From Deinococcales bacterium (lineage in GTDB: Bacteria; Deinococcota; Deinococci; Deinococcales; JAAFIG01): 42,462 nucleotides of DNA. The DNA lies in contig JAYWGM010000014.1 of assembly GCA_043778225.1 (NCBI GenBank), forward strand, positions 1-42,462, written 5' to 3'. Each line of letters opens with the position of its first letter. The first letter of the stretch is position 1. Made by a program: the position numbers and the translations under genes. The notes beneath the pieces are model-generated. The model ran no database searches, had not been told where the DNA came from, and worked only from the letters and a program-made list of their open reading frames with translations. This document shows positions 17,496-28,468 of the stretch, one piece after another.

Positions 17496-18145
17496 GAGAA
17501 CGGAAACAATCGCCATGTGGCTCGCCCTGCCACATCTTTGGCTTTGACCAGCCCAAACGCCCTCGAGTCAAGGCTTGCACCAAGGCGGCGATTGTCGCCC
17601 ATGACATAAAAAGTACCTACTCGCACCACGGTTTTCATGGCGTTGTCTAAGCCTTTGGTTTCAGAAGTGTAAAACTCACGCAGCCGTTGGTCGTTGACAA
17701 AAACTTCCCCTTTTTTGATTTCGATGGTGTCGCCCGGAACGCCAATAATGCGTTTAATCAGATACGGACGAAAAGTCCAATCATCGGGGATTCTCCATGC
17801 CAGAAAACTGACCAAAGGCAGTCCCTCGAGATACGCCGATAGTGGTTCGCTGCTGTTGGGATTTTCCTGCGGTGGCTTGACGACAACTAAATCGCCGCGC
17901 TGTAGATAATTTGGGCGAATCCCCCAAGCTGCAAACCAGCGCTCGAGTTTATAGACGATTAAGTAATCACCAGTGTTCAGGGTCGGACTCATGCTTTCGC
18001 CGCGCACACCAACAGGTATCGCCAAAAAGGTCACAAATAACCAAGCGGGCAGCAGCGTCTCGAGTACAACTTCTCTTAAAAAACGCTGCCACCACGGGAT
18101 TGGTACTTTTTTTTGAGGGTCGTTTAGGGCTGGTAAGTCCGACAT
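17477..18145 (-). CDS. lepB: Signal peptidase I
   Basis: GESMSPTL, RGDLVV, LIKRIIGVPGD, VMGDNR..SLDSR.FG. Confidence 0.95.
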   Translation of the reverse strand: MSDLPALNDPQKKVPIPWWQRFLREVVLETLLPAWLFVTFLAIPVGVRGESMSPTLNTGDYLIVYKLERWFAAWGIRPNYLQRGDLVVVKPPQENPNSSEPLSAYLEGLPLVSFLAWRIPDDWTFRPYLIKRIIGVPGDTIEIKKGEVFVNDQRLREFYTSETKGLDNAMKTVVRVGTFYVMGDNRRLGASLDSRAFGLVKAKDVAGRATWRLFPFSRFGTP

Positions 18146-18183
18146 TGCTCCTCGAGTTTACAAAATTGCCATGAGGACTGGAC

Positions 18184-18372
18184 TCAATGACGTTTGCTGG
18201 CTTTCCATGTGCCGCCATACATATAATTTTTATGCTCAAGTTTGGCGTTGTTTTGACATGAGCCACAAAGGAAAATCCAAGGCAAATTTTGATCGAGGCG
18301 AACACGATACAAAACTTCAAAATTTAAGCCACAATGCCCGCAAATTTTTTGACGGACTCGCGCTTTTTTCAT
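18184..18372 (-). CDS. Small CxxC...CxxC zinc-ribbon hypothetical protein
   Basis: CGHC, LYRV, WIFLCGSC, YGGTWK; start overlaps the GGDEF stop (ATGA). Confidence 0.75.
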   Translation of the reverse strand: MKKARVRQKICGHCGLNFEVLYRVRLDQNLPWIFLCGSCQNNAKLEHKNYMYGGTWKASKRH

Positions 18373-19304
18373 GTATTCAAAATGGCTTTGGCTGCCCGTT
18401 TGCGGCTATACATTTGGGCATCAGCACGCTCGAGAATTGCATCTATTTCGTCTTGGCGGCTGACTGGAATGCTGCCAACGTCACCTCTGACGGTTAATTC
18501 TCCTCGAGAGGTTTTGACAGGTGCGACAAAAATTTTCTCGAGTCGGGCTTGTAAATCTGGGTGTTGTGAAGCCACCAAAAATTCATCGCCACCAATTCGC
18601 GCCACCAAATCAGAGCGCCGTACACTGGCAAGTAAACGCAATGCCACTTCTTGCAAAACCTCATCGCCAGTTTTATGCCCAAGTCGGTCGTTGAAACCCT
18701 TAAAATCGGTCAGGTCAATATAGGCTACCGAAACGGCTTCGCCACTTTTGCACATTTCCTCGAGTCGCGCCAAACCTGCCGAACGATTAAAAAGATTGGT
18801 TAAAAGCGGGTCACGCCTTGCTGCACGGCGCTCGAGCGATAAAGTTGTGGCGGCTGCACCCATCGAAGTCAGTGCCACAAAAAGCATTGAACCGGTCAAG
18901 ACATCAAAATTTTGCCATGCCCCAGCAATCCCGCACCCTGCACCCATCAGCAGCATCCACGGAATTGGTTTGGTTTCTCCATCCACCAAATTGGCAAGTG
19001 CCACGCCAAAAAACCAAACTGGAATAATCATCAAAAAGGGGCTGTTTTTACCACCAGTGGCTTGAATCATGAGGACGAGCGTAATCGTGTCGGAAAACGC
19101 CAATGTCCAACGAACCCATGGTGGGCTGCTCGAGAAAGCCGCCAGCAGATAAAGCACAAAAGAACCCAATTGGGCAGTCAGAACAAGTGTGCTGAACGGT
19201 AAAATATTGGTAAAATGTAAAACCAAGTAAAAAGCAAACGACCCTAAGCCGCCATAAACCCGTTGTCGCCAAATAGCACTGGTGGATGCGCCAACGAATT
19301 TCAT
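18369..19304 (-). CDS. Membrane-bound diguanylate cyclase (GGDEF)
   Basis: TM helices, DPLLTNLFNR, DLTDFKGFND.LGH..GD, RIGGDEF. Confidence 0.92.
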   Translation of the reverse strand: MKFVGASTSAIWRQRVYGGLGSFAFYLVLHFTNILPFSTLVLTAQLGSFVLYLLAAFSSSPPWVRWTLAFSDTITLVLMIQATGGKNSPFLMIIPVWFFGVALANLVDGETKPIPWMLLMGAGCGIAGAWQNFDVLTGSMLFVALTSMGAAATTLSLERRAARRDPLLTNLFNRSAGLARLEEMCKSGEAVSVAYIDLTDFKGFNDRLGHKTGDEVLQEVALRLLASVRRSDLVARIGGDEFLVASQHPDLQARLEKIFVAPVKTSRGELTVRGDVGSIPVSRQDEIDAILERADAQMYSRKRAAKAILNT

Positions 19305-19349
19305 GAGCCTATTCTACTCGAGCCAGCGTCACACGAACGTAAAAAACCA

Positions 19350-19952
19350 TCAATCGCTGTAACGTTCTTCACGCCACGGGTCGCCACGTTTGTGGTATCC
19401 ATTTTTTTCCCAAAAGCCAAGGCGGTCGCCAGTCATAAACTCGAGTCCAGAAATCCACTTGGGGCTTTTCCAAAAAAATAAGTGTGGTACGACTACTCGC
19501 ATCGGTCCACCATGTTCAGCGCTTAATGGTTGCCCATCATAAATATGCGAGAACAGATTCTCGGGGCGCAAAAAATCCTCGAGTGGCAGATTGGTGGTGT
19601 AGCCGCCGTAGCAGTGCATCATCACATGGGTGGCTTGGGGTTTGAGCGCAACCAATTTCATAATTTCGCTCACACTGATTCCAGTCCAAACCATATCGAG
19701 CTTGGTCCAATGGGTAACACAGTGAATATCATAGGTCTGGGTGGTCATTGGCATCTGCATCAGGTCTGCCCAAGGAATCTGAACTTCGGCTTCTACTTCG
19801 CCAAAAATTCGGATTGAAACCTGTTCGGCATCGACTCGAGGCACAGGACCATAGGTCAGCACAGGAAAACGCTCGGTCAGCGATTGACCGGGCGGGGTGC
19901 GTTTTGCCAATTCAGAATTGGCGGCGGGTTTTTGAAAGAGTTTAGAAAACAT
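19350..19952 (-). CDS. Sulfite-oxidase-like molybdopterin oxidoreductase (YuiH-like)
   Basis: RTPPGQ, DIHCVTHW, YTTNLP, HGGPMR, WKSPKW, GYH.RGDPW.EER. Confidence 0.92.
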   Translation of the reverse strand: MFSKLFQKPAANSELAKRTPPGQSLTERFPVLTYGPVPRVDAEQVSIRIFGEVEAEVQIPWADLMQMPMTTQTYDIHCVTHWTKLDMVWTGISVSEIMKLVALKPQATHVMMHCYGGYTTNLPLEDFLRPENLFSHIYDGQPLSAEHGGPMRVVVPHLFFWKSPKWISGLEFMTGDRLGFWEKNGYHKRGDPWREERYSD

Positions 19953-20023
19953 AACCATACTCTAAGCCTTGTGTAGAGATAACATCGTTGTCTCGAATGC
20001 AAATCGGGCGGTATACTTGAGCC

Positions 20024-20437
20024 ATGCCAATCGTTGTTGCTGCTCGTTTGCGGGTTCGGGATGGACAATTGACGCCAGAATTTGGCAGACATGCCAACCT
20101 AGCCATCGAACAGGTTAAAAAAGCCAATGGTTGCTTGGCAACTGCCTTTCTCGAGGATGCACAGCTCACTTTTTGGAATTTAAGTATCTGGAAAGATGAA
20201 GCTACAATGCTTGACTATATGCGCTCTGGCGCTCATCTGGCTGCTATGCCAGACCTTAAAAATTTATGTGACCAAGCCACGATATTGCGCTGGGAACAAG
20301 AAAATGCAGATGTACCAACGTGGCTCGAGGTGTATGCTCGAATCCCACTCGAAGGACGTGCCTCGATGTTGACTCACCCAGTGCCAGAGCATTTATTGTT
20401 GAGTTTCCCCAAGCCCCAAATAAAAGAAGAAGCCTAA
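20024..20437 (+). CDS. DUF3291/ABM-like dimeric alpha-beta barrel protein
   Basis: FWNLSIWKDEATM..YM.SGAH..AM. Confidence 0.75.
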   Translation: MPIVVAARLRVRDGQLTPEFGRHANLAIEQVKKANGCLATAFLEDAQLTFWNLSIWKDEATMLDYMRSGAHLAAMPDLKNLCDQATILRWEQENADVPTWLEVYARIPLEGRASMLTHPVPEHLLLSFPKPQIKEEA

Positions 20438-20453
20438 AAGGGCTTCTTCTTTT
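20422..20453. terminator. Bidirectional terminator between the DUF3291 gene and ftsH
   Basis: AAAAGAAGAAGCC-TAAAAG-GGCTTCTTCTTTT. Confidence 0.85.
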
Positions 20454-20458
20454 ATTAC

Positions 20459-22330
20459 TTACGAAGATAAACTTGTGGGCGGCACATCTATCGTGCGCCG
20501 TACCCGCTCGACGGCATCGCGCACCGTCTCGCCAGTGATAATTTCGTTTTCTAACAGTGCATTGGCGACATCGTGCATCGCTTGGGCGTACTGTTTCATG
20601 ACCGACTTGGTGTTGGCATAGGCGCGGTCAAGAATATCTTTGATGTCGGCATCAATCATTCGAGCAGTTTCGTCTGAGACCTCGGAACGATTGACCAATT
20701 GGTCGCCCAAAAAGACCGGTCCACTGCTTGCGCCACCCCACGCAATGTTGCGTAAGCGGTCGCCCATGCCCCACTCGAGAACCATGCGCCGCGCCAGTTG
20801 CAAGGTACGCTGAAAGTCGTTGGATGCGCCAGCCCCGACATAGCCAATAAATTCTTCTTCGGCAGCCCGACCAGCCAGTGCTGCTGCCAAGGTTGCCTCA
20901 GCGCGTTGCTGGGTCATCTCGAGCATTTCCGATTCGTTTTCTGGGGCAAACATGGCGACACCCAAGGTTCTGCCACGTGGCACAATGCTGACCTTGACTG
21001 GTTTCATGGCGTAAGGCAGGACTTGCGAAATAACCGCGTGACCAGCTTCGTGGTATGCCGTCGAGCGCTTCATTTCTTTACTAATCATCATGCTGCCATG
21101 CTCGAGTCCAAGGGTAATTTTATCAAATGCCCTCGAGAAATCCGCCATTTTAATGATGTTTGCGCCGCGTCGTGCTGCCTCGAGAGCGGCTTCGTTGGCA
21201 AGATTTTTAAGGTCTGCGCCACTCATACCGGGGGTCATTTTCGAGAGTATTTCGACATTGACATCGGGGTCAATCGGCTTATTTCGCATATGAACCTGAA
21301 CAATTTGTTCGCGTTCTTTCATGGTTGGTAAATCGACCGTGACTTGGCGGTCAAACCGACCGGGGCGCAACAAGGCACTGTCGAGAATGTCTGGTCGGTT
21401 GGTGGCTGCCATGATAATTACACTGGTTTGCTTATCAAAGCCATCCATTTCGGTCAAAATTTGGTTGAGGGTTTGCTCGCGTTCATCGTGACCGCCGCCA
21501 ATGCCAGCCCCACGTTTACGACCAATGCTGTCTAACTCATCAATAAAAATAATCGCTGGAGCGGCTTTACGGGCATCGTCAAATAGACTGCGGACTCGAG
21601 AAGCACCGACACCAACAAACATCTCCATAAATTCAGAAGCCGAAACCGTGAAAAACGGCACACCAGCTTCGCCAGCTACAGCCCTTGCTAACAAGGTTTT
21701 ACCTGTGCCGGGAGGTCCGACCAACAGCACACCTTTGGGGATTTCTGCACCAACGGCATGGTATTTGCCGGGGCTTTTGAGAAAGTCCACGACCTCGATT
21801 AACTCGCGTTTGACTTCTTCGTGACCTGCCACATCTGGGAACATCGTCGAGACTTTTTTCTCTTTGCCATACTGCTTGGCTCGAGACTGCCCAAACTGCA
21901 TCACTTGCCCTTGTGCGCCTTGACCGCGCATGAAAATAAACCAAAAAATACCGAGCATCAAAAGCACTGGTAAAAATGCAGTCAACAAGCCCAACCACGG
22001 CGAAGGGTTCTGCGCCCGAATGGCGACTTCGTACTTTTTGAGGGTTGGAATCAAGTCTGGGTCTCGAGCCTCGACCGAAGGCAAGAGGGTATTGAATTTA
22101 CTGGCGGTGCTGGAGCGACCGTTTAGAAGCATGATTTCTTCTTGCTGCTTGGTTCTTAGCTCGAGGTAATTATCGGTAATCGAAACACTTTCGACTTTAC
22201 CAGCCTCGACCAGACTCAAAAAGCTGCTGTAGCTAACCTGACCGCCACCCGAAGCGGTCGGATTGATGGCATTAAAAGCAAAGAACAACGCGATGATGAC
22301 AAGGAAAATAACAAATGGATTAATTTTCAA
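20459..22330 (-). CDS. ftsH: ATP-dependent zinc metalloprotease FtsH
   Basis: Two TM helices, [30 protein letters not shown] start at 22330 with GGAGG RBS. Confidence 0.96.
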   Translation of the reverse strand: MKINPFVIFLVIIALFFAFNAINPTASGGGQVSYSSFLSLVEAGKVESVSITDNYLELRTKQQEEIMLLNGRSSTASKFNTLLPSVEARDPDLIPTLKKYEVAIRAQNPSPWLGLLTAFLPVLLMLGIFWFIFMRGQGAQGQVMQFGQSRAKQYGKEKKVSTMFPDVAGHEEVKRELIEVVDFLKSPGKYHAVGAEIPKGVLLVGPPGTGKTLLARAVAGEAGVPFFTVSASEFMEMFVGVGASRVRSLFDDARKAAPAIIFIDELDSIGRKRGAGIGGGHDEREQTLNQILTEMDGFDKQTSVIIMAATNRPDILDSALLRPGRFDRQVTVDLPTMKEREQIVQVHMRNKPIDPDVNVEILSKMTPGMSGADLKNLANEAALEAARRGANIIKMADFSRAFDKITLGLEHGSMMISKEMKRSTAYHEAGHAVISQVLPYAMKPVKVSIVPRGRTLGVAMFAPENESEMLEMTQQRAEATLAAALAGRAAEEEFIGYVGAGASNDFQRTLQLARRMVLEWGMGDRLRNIAWGGASSGPVFLGDQLVNRSEVSDETARMIDADIKDILDRAYANTKSVMKQYAQAMHDVANALLENEIITGETVRDAVERVRRTIDVPPTSLSS

Positions 22331-22470
22331 CGGAGGTGCCTCCTTCAAAGGCGGTGAGAGACGAATAACTTGTAGCCCTATCAATATACACGTGGTCTGT
22401 GAGGAACAATGTACTTCAACATTCAAGAAAATTTAACTTCGGATTCAAATTTAGTGCTAAACTTTGCACT

Positions 22471-23055
22471 ATGACGATGGTTGCCACCCAACTGATGACT
22501 GCCGAAATGCTCGAGGTGCTGCCCAACGATGGACGGCGGCTTGAGCTTGTTAAAGGAGAATTGATCGAACTTATGGCGAGTGGTGGAGAACACGGTGCTG
22601 TAACGGCACGTTTGACTTGGCGAATTGCACAAATTGTTGAGGAGAATGATCTTGGTGAGGTTCTTGGAGCAGAAACCGGATTTATTATAGACCGCAATCC
22701 AGATACTGTTCGAGCGCCAGATATTGCTTTTATTTCTAAGGCGCGGATCGAGGATATGAATGGAATTCCTAGAGGATTTATTCCACTCGCTCCTGACTTG
22801 GCAGTTGAAACGATTTCGCCGAACGATTTGTACACCCAAAGCCATGATAAAGCCCTGATGTGGCTCGAGTTCGGTTGTAAACTGGTGTTGTTGCTCAACC
22901 CTCGAAAAGCCAGCATTACGGTATACCGCTCTAAAAAAGACATCTTTATTCTGGAAGCTGATGATTCACTCGAGTTCCCAGACCTTGTGCCAGGCTTTTC
23001 AATCAAGGTTGGTAAAATTTTCAACATCAGTTCGCCAGTTTTGAAGCAAAGCTAA
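22471..23055 (+). CDS. Uma2 (DUF820) family endonuclease-like protein
   Basis: [31 protein letters not shown]. Confidence 0.92.
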   Translation: MTMVATQLMTAEMLEVLPNDGRRLELVKGELIELMASGGEHGAVTARLTWRIAQIVEENDLGEVLGAETGFIIDRNPDTVRAPDIAFISKARIEDMNGIPRGFIPLAPDLAVETISPNDLYTQSHDKALMWLEFGCKLVLLLNPRKASITVYRSKKDIFILEADDSLEFPDLVPGFSIKVGKIFNISSPVLKQS

Positions 23056-25585
23056 AGCGCCCATCCAAAAAATCCACTATTAAACTCGAGTTGTCTGGTA
23101 CTTCACCCCCTAAAATTCGCTTAGCAATTGGAGTCTCGAGTTCGCGCCCAATGGTGCGCTTGAGTGGTCTTGCGCCATACGCTGGGTCGTAACCCATGCC
23201 CGCCAAGTGGTCTTTGGCAAGCTCGGTCAGTTCTAAGCTGACCCCGCGCTCGAGTAAGCGACTGCGTAATCCGAGCAGTTGAATATCCACGATTTCACGC
23301 ATTTGATGGACACTGAGCGCGTCAAAGACCACGATTTCGTCCACTCGGTTCAAAAACTCTGGGCGGAAGTGGTGGCTTAAAAGCTGCTGTACTTCTTCGC
23401 GCACCCCTCTGGTCATGCCGCCATTTTTAGCTGCCTCGAGAATCATCGGGCTGCCAATGTTGCTGGTCATGATAATAATGCTGTTGCGAAAATCTACGGT
23501 TCGCCCCTGACCATCAGTCAAACGTCCATCATCCAGCACTTGCAAAAGTGTATTAAAAACATCAGGGTGGGCTTTTTCGATTTCATCGAGCAATATCACC
23601 GCATATGGGCGACGGCGCACTGCTTCGGTCAGTTGACCACCTTCGTCGTAGCCGACATAACCCGGAGGCGCACCAATCAGGCGGCTGACGCTGTGTTTTT
23701 CCATGTACTCAGACATATCTAGGCGAATCATCGCATCTTCGGTATCAAATAAAAATGCGGCTAGGGCTTTGGCAAGTTCGGTCTTACCAACACCAGTCGG
23801 ACCAAGGAACATCAGGCTACCAATAGGGCGCTTGGTGTCGGACAATCCTGCCTTAGAGCGCCGAATCGCATCGGCAACCACCTGCACGGCTTCTTCTTGC
23901 CCAATCACCCGCTTATGAAGCTCTGCCTCGAGCCGCAGTAATTTGCTGCGTTCGCCCTCGAGTAAACGCGCCACGGGTATACCAGTCCAACGTGCCACAA
24001 TCTCGGCAATATCGTTTTCGGTAACTTGGCTCGAGGCAAACTTTGCACCTTTTAAGTGCTTCTCAAGGCTGCGGACTTCGAGCTCGAGTTGTGGCAGTGT
24101 GCCGTATTTTAGCTCAGCCGCTTTAGAAAGGTCGTAATCGCGCTCGGCTCGTTCAATTTGCACCCGCACCGAATCGAGTTTTTCTCGAGCCTCTTTGAGT
24201 TTATTGAGTTCGCCGCGTTCGACTTCCCACTCGGAACGCAGACTCTCGGATTTGGCGCTGACATCTTGTAATTCGCGCCGTAAATCCTCGAGCCGACGGG
24301 CTGAATCTTCGTCTTTTTCTTTTTGTAGGGCTTGTTGTTCGATTTCGAGTTGCAATTTACGGCGCTCGAGCGTGTCTATTTCCTCGGGGCTGGATTCAAG
24401 CTGCATCCGTAAGCGGGCGGCGGCTTCATCTATTAAATCTATGGCTTTGTCGGGCAGTTGGCGGTCGGCAATATAGCGGTGCGAAAGCCTTGCAGCCGCC
24501 ACCACGGCGGGGTCGGTAATTTCGACATTGTGATGCACTTGATACCGTTCTTTGATGCCGCGCAGAATGCTGATGGTGTCTTCAACACTCGGCTCGGTAA
24601 TATAAACGGGCTGAAAACGCCGTTCTAAAGCTGCATCTTTTTCGATTTGTCGGTATTCTTTTAAGGTCGTCGCGCCAATTAAATGCAGTTCGCCTCGTGC
24701 CAGTGCGGGTTTAAGCATATTGCCAGCGTCGGGGCTGCCCTCGGTTTTACCCGCGCCAACGATCGTGTGTAACTCGTCTATAAATAAAATAATCTCGCCA
24801 GCCGCCTGTGCCACTTCAGACATTACAGCTTTGAGGCGCTCTTCAAATTCACCACGAAATTTTGCCCCAGCCAATAAGTTGCCAATCGCCAAACTGACAA
24901 TTCGTTTGTGCTTTAAGCCTTCTGGCACGTCGCCTTTGACAATCCGTTGGGCAAGACCTTCGGCAATCGCGGTCTTACCAACGCCGGGTTCGCCGATAAT
25001 CACGGGGTTATTTTTGGTGCGGCGCAATAAAATCTGCATCACGCGGCGGATTTCTTCGTCGCGCCCAATCACGGGGTCGAGTTTGCCTTCTCGAGCATAG
25101 GCGGTCAAATCGACACCATACTTCTCGAGTGCTTCAAAAGTTGTCTCGGCGGTTTTACTGTCGACTTTTCGTCCTTGGCGCATTTTCTCGAGTGCGGCGC
25201 GTAAATCCAAAGCACTCGGCAGGTCTTGGCTGATAAATTGCTCGCGCATGGCTAGAAAAAGTGCGTCTGCTCCAATAAATGAATCTCCGAGTTCTTTGAC
25301 GATGGTTTCGCTGCGTTCTAAGCCACGAGCAAATTCTTGAGAGGCAAACTGCCCAGCGTTGCTCGAGGCTTTGGGTTGGAGATTTAAGAACTTCTCGAGG
25401 CTGGTTTTAGCGATTTGCGCTTTGCCGCCAGCCAACTCGAGCATTCGCGTGCTGGGGCTGTCTGGCTCGAGTGAAGCCAATAAAACATGAGCCGGTAAGA
25501 GTTGCGAGTTGCCAATTGTTTGGGCTTTGGCTTGAGCGCTTTGCAGGGTTTCTAAGGCAAGTTCGGTGTAGCGTTCTGGGTTCAT
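23027..25585 (-). CDS. clpB: Chaperone ClpB
   Basis: Two AAA modules ([16 protein letters not shown]), coiled-coil M domain, GYVGY pore loop; start MNPERYT. Confidence 0.97.
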   Translation of the reverse strand: MNPERYTELALETLQSAQAKAQTIGNSQLLPAHVLLASLEPDSPSTRMLELAGGKAQIAKTSLEKFLNLQPKASSNAGQFASQEFARGLERSETIVKELGDSFIGADALFLAMREQFISQDLPSALDLRAALEKMRQGRKVDSKTAETTFEALEKYGVDLTAYAREGKLDPVIGRDEEIRRVMQILLRRTKNNPVIIGEPGVGKTAIAEGLAQRIVKGDVPEGLKHKRIVSLAIGNLLAGAKFRGEFEERLKAVMSEVAQAAGEIILFIDELHTIVGAGKTEGSPDAGNMLKPALARGELHLIGATTLKEYRQIEKDAALERRFQPVYITEPSVEDTISILRGIKERYQVHHNVEITDPAVVAAARLSHRYIADRQLPDKAIDLIDEAAARLRMQLESSPEEIDTLERRKLQLEIEQQALQKEKDEDSARRLEDLRRELQDVSAKSESLRSEWEVERGELNKLKEAREKLDSVRVQIERAERDYDLSKAAELKYGTLPQLELEVRSLEKHLKGAKFASSQVTENDIAEIVARWTGIPVARLLEGERSKLLRLEAELHKRVIGQEEAVQVVADAIRRSKAGLSDTKRPIGSLMFLGPTGVGKTELAKALAAFLFDTEDAMIRLDMSEYMEKHSVSRLIGAPPGYVGYDEGGQLTEAVRRRPYAVILLDEIEKAHPDVFNTLLQVLDDGRLTDGQGRTVDFRNSIIIMTSNIGSPMILEAAKNGGMTRGVREEVQQLLSHHFRPEFLNRVDEIVVFDALSVHQMREIVDIQLLGLRSRLLERGVSLELTELAKDHLAGMGYDPAYGARPLKRTIGRELETPIAKRILGGEVPDNSSLIVDFLDGRFSFASKLAN

Positions 25586-25635
25586 GGGCAGTCCTCGAGT
25601 GCCGAAGTGAAAGAAGATCGGCTGGTCATAGTAAC

Positions 25636-25665
25636 ACAATAAAACTTGAGTCTAGTCTTGTCAAG
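25636..25665 (-). promoter_or_regulatory. clpB promoter with HspR-binding HAIR element
   Basis: CTTGAGT-N7-TGTCAAG (25645-25665) versus HAIR consensus CTTGAGT-N7-ACTCAAG; overlaps - strand TTGACA-17-TATTGT. Confidence 0.85.
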
Positions 25666-25692
25666 TTTATTGCAATACAATTCTGAGATTTG

Positions 25693-25723
25693 AAAGTAAG
25701 GACTAAATCTGCTAAAGTAAGGA
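25693..25723 (+). promoter_or_regulatory. Direct repeat AAAGTAAGGA x2, putative TA operator
   Basis: 25693-25702 and 25714-25723 (21-bp period); the second copy overlaps the -10 TAAAGT. Confidence 0.6.
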
Positions 25724-25724
25724 T

Positions 25725-25997
25725 ATGAAAGCGACCGCAAAAATCACCAGTAAAGGTCAAATCACCATTCCGCTCGAGGTTCGCAAGTTACTTGGAGTTG
25801 GGGCTGGCGATTTTCTCGAGTTCCTGACTCAGGGCAATAGTTTAACTTTAGTTCCAAAACGCAAACAAAACTTATTTGTCAATCCGCCGATTCAGAAATA
25901 TCAGTTGCAGGGTCAGACCGATGCAATAAGCTGGCAGCGTGAGTTGCGTGGTCATGATGAAATAGACGACTTAGTGTTCGCGGAAATACCAAAATGA
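25725..25997 (+). CDS. AbrB/MazE/SpoVT-family antitoxin (VapB)
   Basis: AKITSKGQITIPLEVRKLLGV. Confidence 0.9.
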   Translation: MKATAKITSKGQITIPLEVRKLLGVGAGDFLEFLTQGNSLTLVPKRKQNLFVNPPIQKYQLQGQTDAISWQRELRGHDEIDDLVFAEIPK

Positions 25998-26416
25998 TTT
26001 CGCTGGACACGAATATCCTCAGTGCCTATTTGAATCCTCGAGATGTGCAATTTGGTGTTGCCCAGTCAAACTTGGCTCGAGTCGCAAACAAGCACCGCCT
26101 GCTGGTTTGTGGTGCAGTTTATAGCGAACTTTTGGCAGCGCCATTTTCTTCTGAGTCTGGCTTGGATGAATTCTTGGAAGACTATGCGATTGCGATAGAT
26201 TGGCAAACCGAAGAATCCATCTGGCGTGAAGCTGGTCGGGCTTTTCGGGCATACAGTCAACTTAGGCAAAAGTATGCACAGCCAGCCCCACGACGTATTT
26301 TGGCAGATTTTCTGATTGGCGCTCATGCACTGGAGCGCGGGCTGACCTTGCTGACCCTAGACTCGAGGCTTTATACCAGCAGTTTTCCAAAGCTACAGCT
26401 TGAAATAATAAGTTAA
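25994..26416 (+). CDS. PIN-domain VapC toxin
   Basis: LDTNIL, VYSEL, ADFLIGAHA, LLTLD; ATGA overlap with the antitoxin. Confidence 0.92.
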   Translation: MISLDTNILSAYLNPRDVQFGVAQSNLARVANKHRLLVCGAVYSELLAAPFSSESGLDEFLEDYAIAIDWQTEESIWREAGRAFRAYSQLRQKYAQPAPRRILADFLIGAHALERGLTLLTLDSRLYTSSFPKLQLEIIS

Positions 26417-26426
26417 ACTTTAGCCC

Positions 26427-27350
26427 ATGACCGATTTGCGTGGACGTGATTTTTTAACCAACCTTGACCTCAATCCGTTTGAGTACCGCGCCTTGATGGA
26501 TACAGCCCACGCCCTTAAACGTGGCGAGTTCAAAGGGCAAAAGCCACTCGAGGGCAAAACCTTAGCGATGATTTTTGAAAAACCAAGTTTACGCACCCGC
26601 ACCACTTTTGATGTGGCGATGTTCCAACTCGGTGGACACAGCGTTAATTTGACCAATGCCGAAATTGGGTTGGGAACTCGAGAACCCGTGCGCGATATTG
26701 CCCTCAACCTCGAGCGTTGGGTGGATGGGATTATGGCGCGGGTTTTTTTGCACTCGACCCTCGAGGAACTTGCCAAGCACTGCAAAAAACCAGTCATCAA
26801 TGGTTTATCGGATTACTTACATCCTGTGCAGTTGTTGGCAGACTTCCAAACCGTTGAAGAAGCCTTTGGCGACCCAAAAGGCTTGCCCGTAACTTACATT
26901 GGCGATGGTAACAACATGGCAAATAGTTTTATCCAGATGGCACTTTTGACGGGTATCAATTTAACCGTTGCCACACCACGCGGCTACGAACCCAATGCGG
27001 CGGTGATTCTGCAAGCCCTCGAGCAGGGTGCAAAGGTCAAAATCAGTAACGACCCACAACGATCAGCCCGAGATGCCAAGGTTTTATACACCGATGTCTG
27101 GGTCAGCATGGGACAAGAACAAGAGGCTTCTGAACGGCGCAAAATACGCGATTTTGCTGGCTTTCAGGTCAATCCAGATTTGCTTGAACTTACCGCTCCA
27201 GATGCGATTTTTTTGCATTGTTTACCGGCTCACTACGGCGAAGAAGTGGTCGAGGAAGCCACGATGCACCCTAAGTCTCGAGTCTTTGACCAAGCCGAAA
27301 ACAGGCTTCATGCCCAAAAGGCGCTGTTGTATCACCTGATGCGTGATTGA
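26427..27350 (+). CDS. argF: Ornithine carbamoyltransferase
   Basis: FEKPSLRTR, HPVQ, GDGNNMA, DVWVSMG, HCLP. Confidence 0.96.
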   Translation: MTDLRGRDFLTNLDLNPFEYRALMDTAHALKRGEFKGQKPLEGKTLAMIFEKPSLRTRTTFDVAMFQLGGHSVNLTNAEIGLGTREPVRDIALNLERWVDGIMARVFLHSTLEELAKHCKKPVINGLSDYLHPVQLLADFQTVEEAFGDPKGLPVTYIGDGNNMANSFIQMALLTGINLTVATPRGYEPNAAVILQALEQGAKVKISNDPQRSARDAKVLYTDVWVSMGQEQEASERRKIRDFAGFQVNPDLLELTAPDAIFLHCLPAHYGEEVVEEATMHPKSRVFDQAENRLHAQKALLYHLMRD

Positions 27351-27378
27351 AGCATACTGCACGTATTGCCTGATTAGA

Positions 27379-28338
27379 TTAGTCGCCGGGGTTGGCTCGA
27401 GGCAGACCAGTGCCAATTCGGCTGGTTTGGCTCAAGGGCTTGTAGCTTGTTTCTGGGCGAAGTGCCTCAAGGACAAAAGCAGCAACCAAACCAAGCAACA
27501 ATCCAGCTACAGCAGCCAGTACAGTCATCATGGCTGGCTTAGGAGATTCGGCATTGACTGCTAAGGCTGGGGCTGCCAAGACTTGGGCTTGGAAACCTTG
27601 TCCTAGTAAAGACTGAAAGGATTTTTGGTCTTTAAGAATAGCTGTCAAAGAAATTTCTCGAGCTTGCAAACCAGCTAATCCCACTCGTAATTGTGATATT
27701 TGTAACGCCAAATTGACCAAAGCTGGGTTGGTGGCTCGAGCCAGTTGTGGGTCTATGCCTCGTGCCTCGAGGGCAGCGGTGTCGGTGGTATTATTAAGAA
27801 TCACTTTGGTGCTGTTTAAGAGTGGCTCGAGGCGCTTGAGGTTATCGCTGCTGCTGGCGATGTCTATTTTAATTTGGGCAAGATTGGAATCTAAGTTGGT
27901 ACGAACCGTGTTGCTAATTTGATTGGTAAAGTAATCTAGTGCCACAACTTGAATTTTTTGCGCTCTCGTCAAGGCTTGTTCGGCACTCGAGCCATACGCA
28001 GATAAGGTCAGCAAGGATTTTTTGTCATCGAACTTGGCTTTGAGAATACCTTCTAAGCGCTCTTCTTCTAATGCCTGTGCTAAGGATTCATTATTGACCA
28101 GTTGAATAAAGCCTTGAGACAAACCAACCGCGTTGGGGGCAGCTTTGAACTCGCTGCGTTCAGTATTGACCGATAAGTTGATAATCACTTGGCTCGAGAA
28201 ACTCTTTGGCAGAATCAGGGCAGCAAGTAAAGCAAGCACGGCTGCGCCTAAAGTTACGCCAACAATTAAGCGAATGTTTTTCTTGAGAATCAGATACACA
28301 TCTCTCAGGCTGATTTCTTCGTTCACTTCGTTTGTCAT
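27379..28338 (-). CDS. Wzz-family polysaccharide chain-length determinant
   Basis: EEISLRD, N- and C-terminal TM helices, SPKP proline motif, coiled coil. Confidence 0.85.
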   Translation of the reverse strand: MTNEVNEEISLRDVYLILKKNIRLIVGVTLGAAVLALLAALILPKSFSSQVIINLSVNTERSEFKAAPNAVGLSQGFIQLVNNESLAQALEEERLEGILKAKFDDKKSLLTLSAYGSSAEQALTRAQKIQVVALDYFTNQISNTVRTNLDSNLAQIKIDIASSSDNLKRLEPLLNSTKVILNNTTDTAALEARGIDPQLARATNPALVNLALQISQLRVGLAGLQAREISLTAILKDQKSFQSLLGQGFQAQVLAAPALAVNAESPKPAMMTVLAAVAGLLLGLVAAFVLEALRPETSYKPLSQTSRIGTGLPRANPGD

Positions 28339-28468
28339 AAGTATTGTTTAGATTAACAAATTTAATCACCAAATCGCAAACGATTTTTCACAATTTCAGA
28401 TCGAGTCTTAAAAAAGTAAGTCAAAGCTCACTTAATTCCAATCTTTAGGCTTGTGTTAGGCTGTGGTT

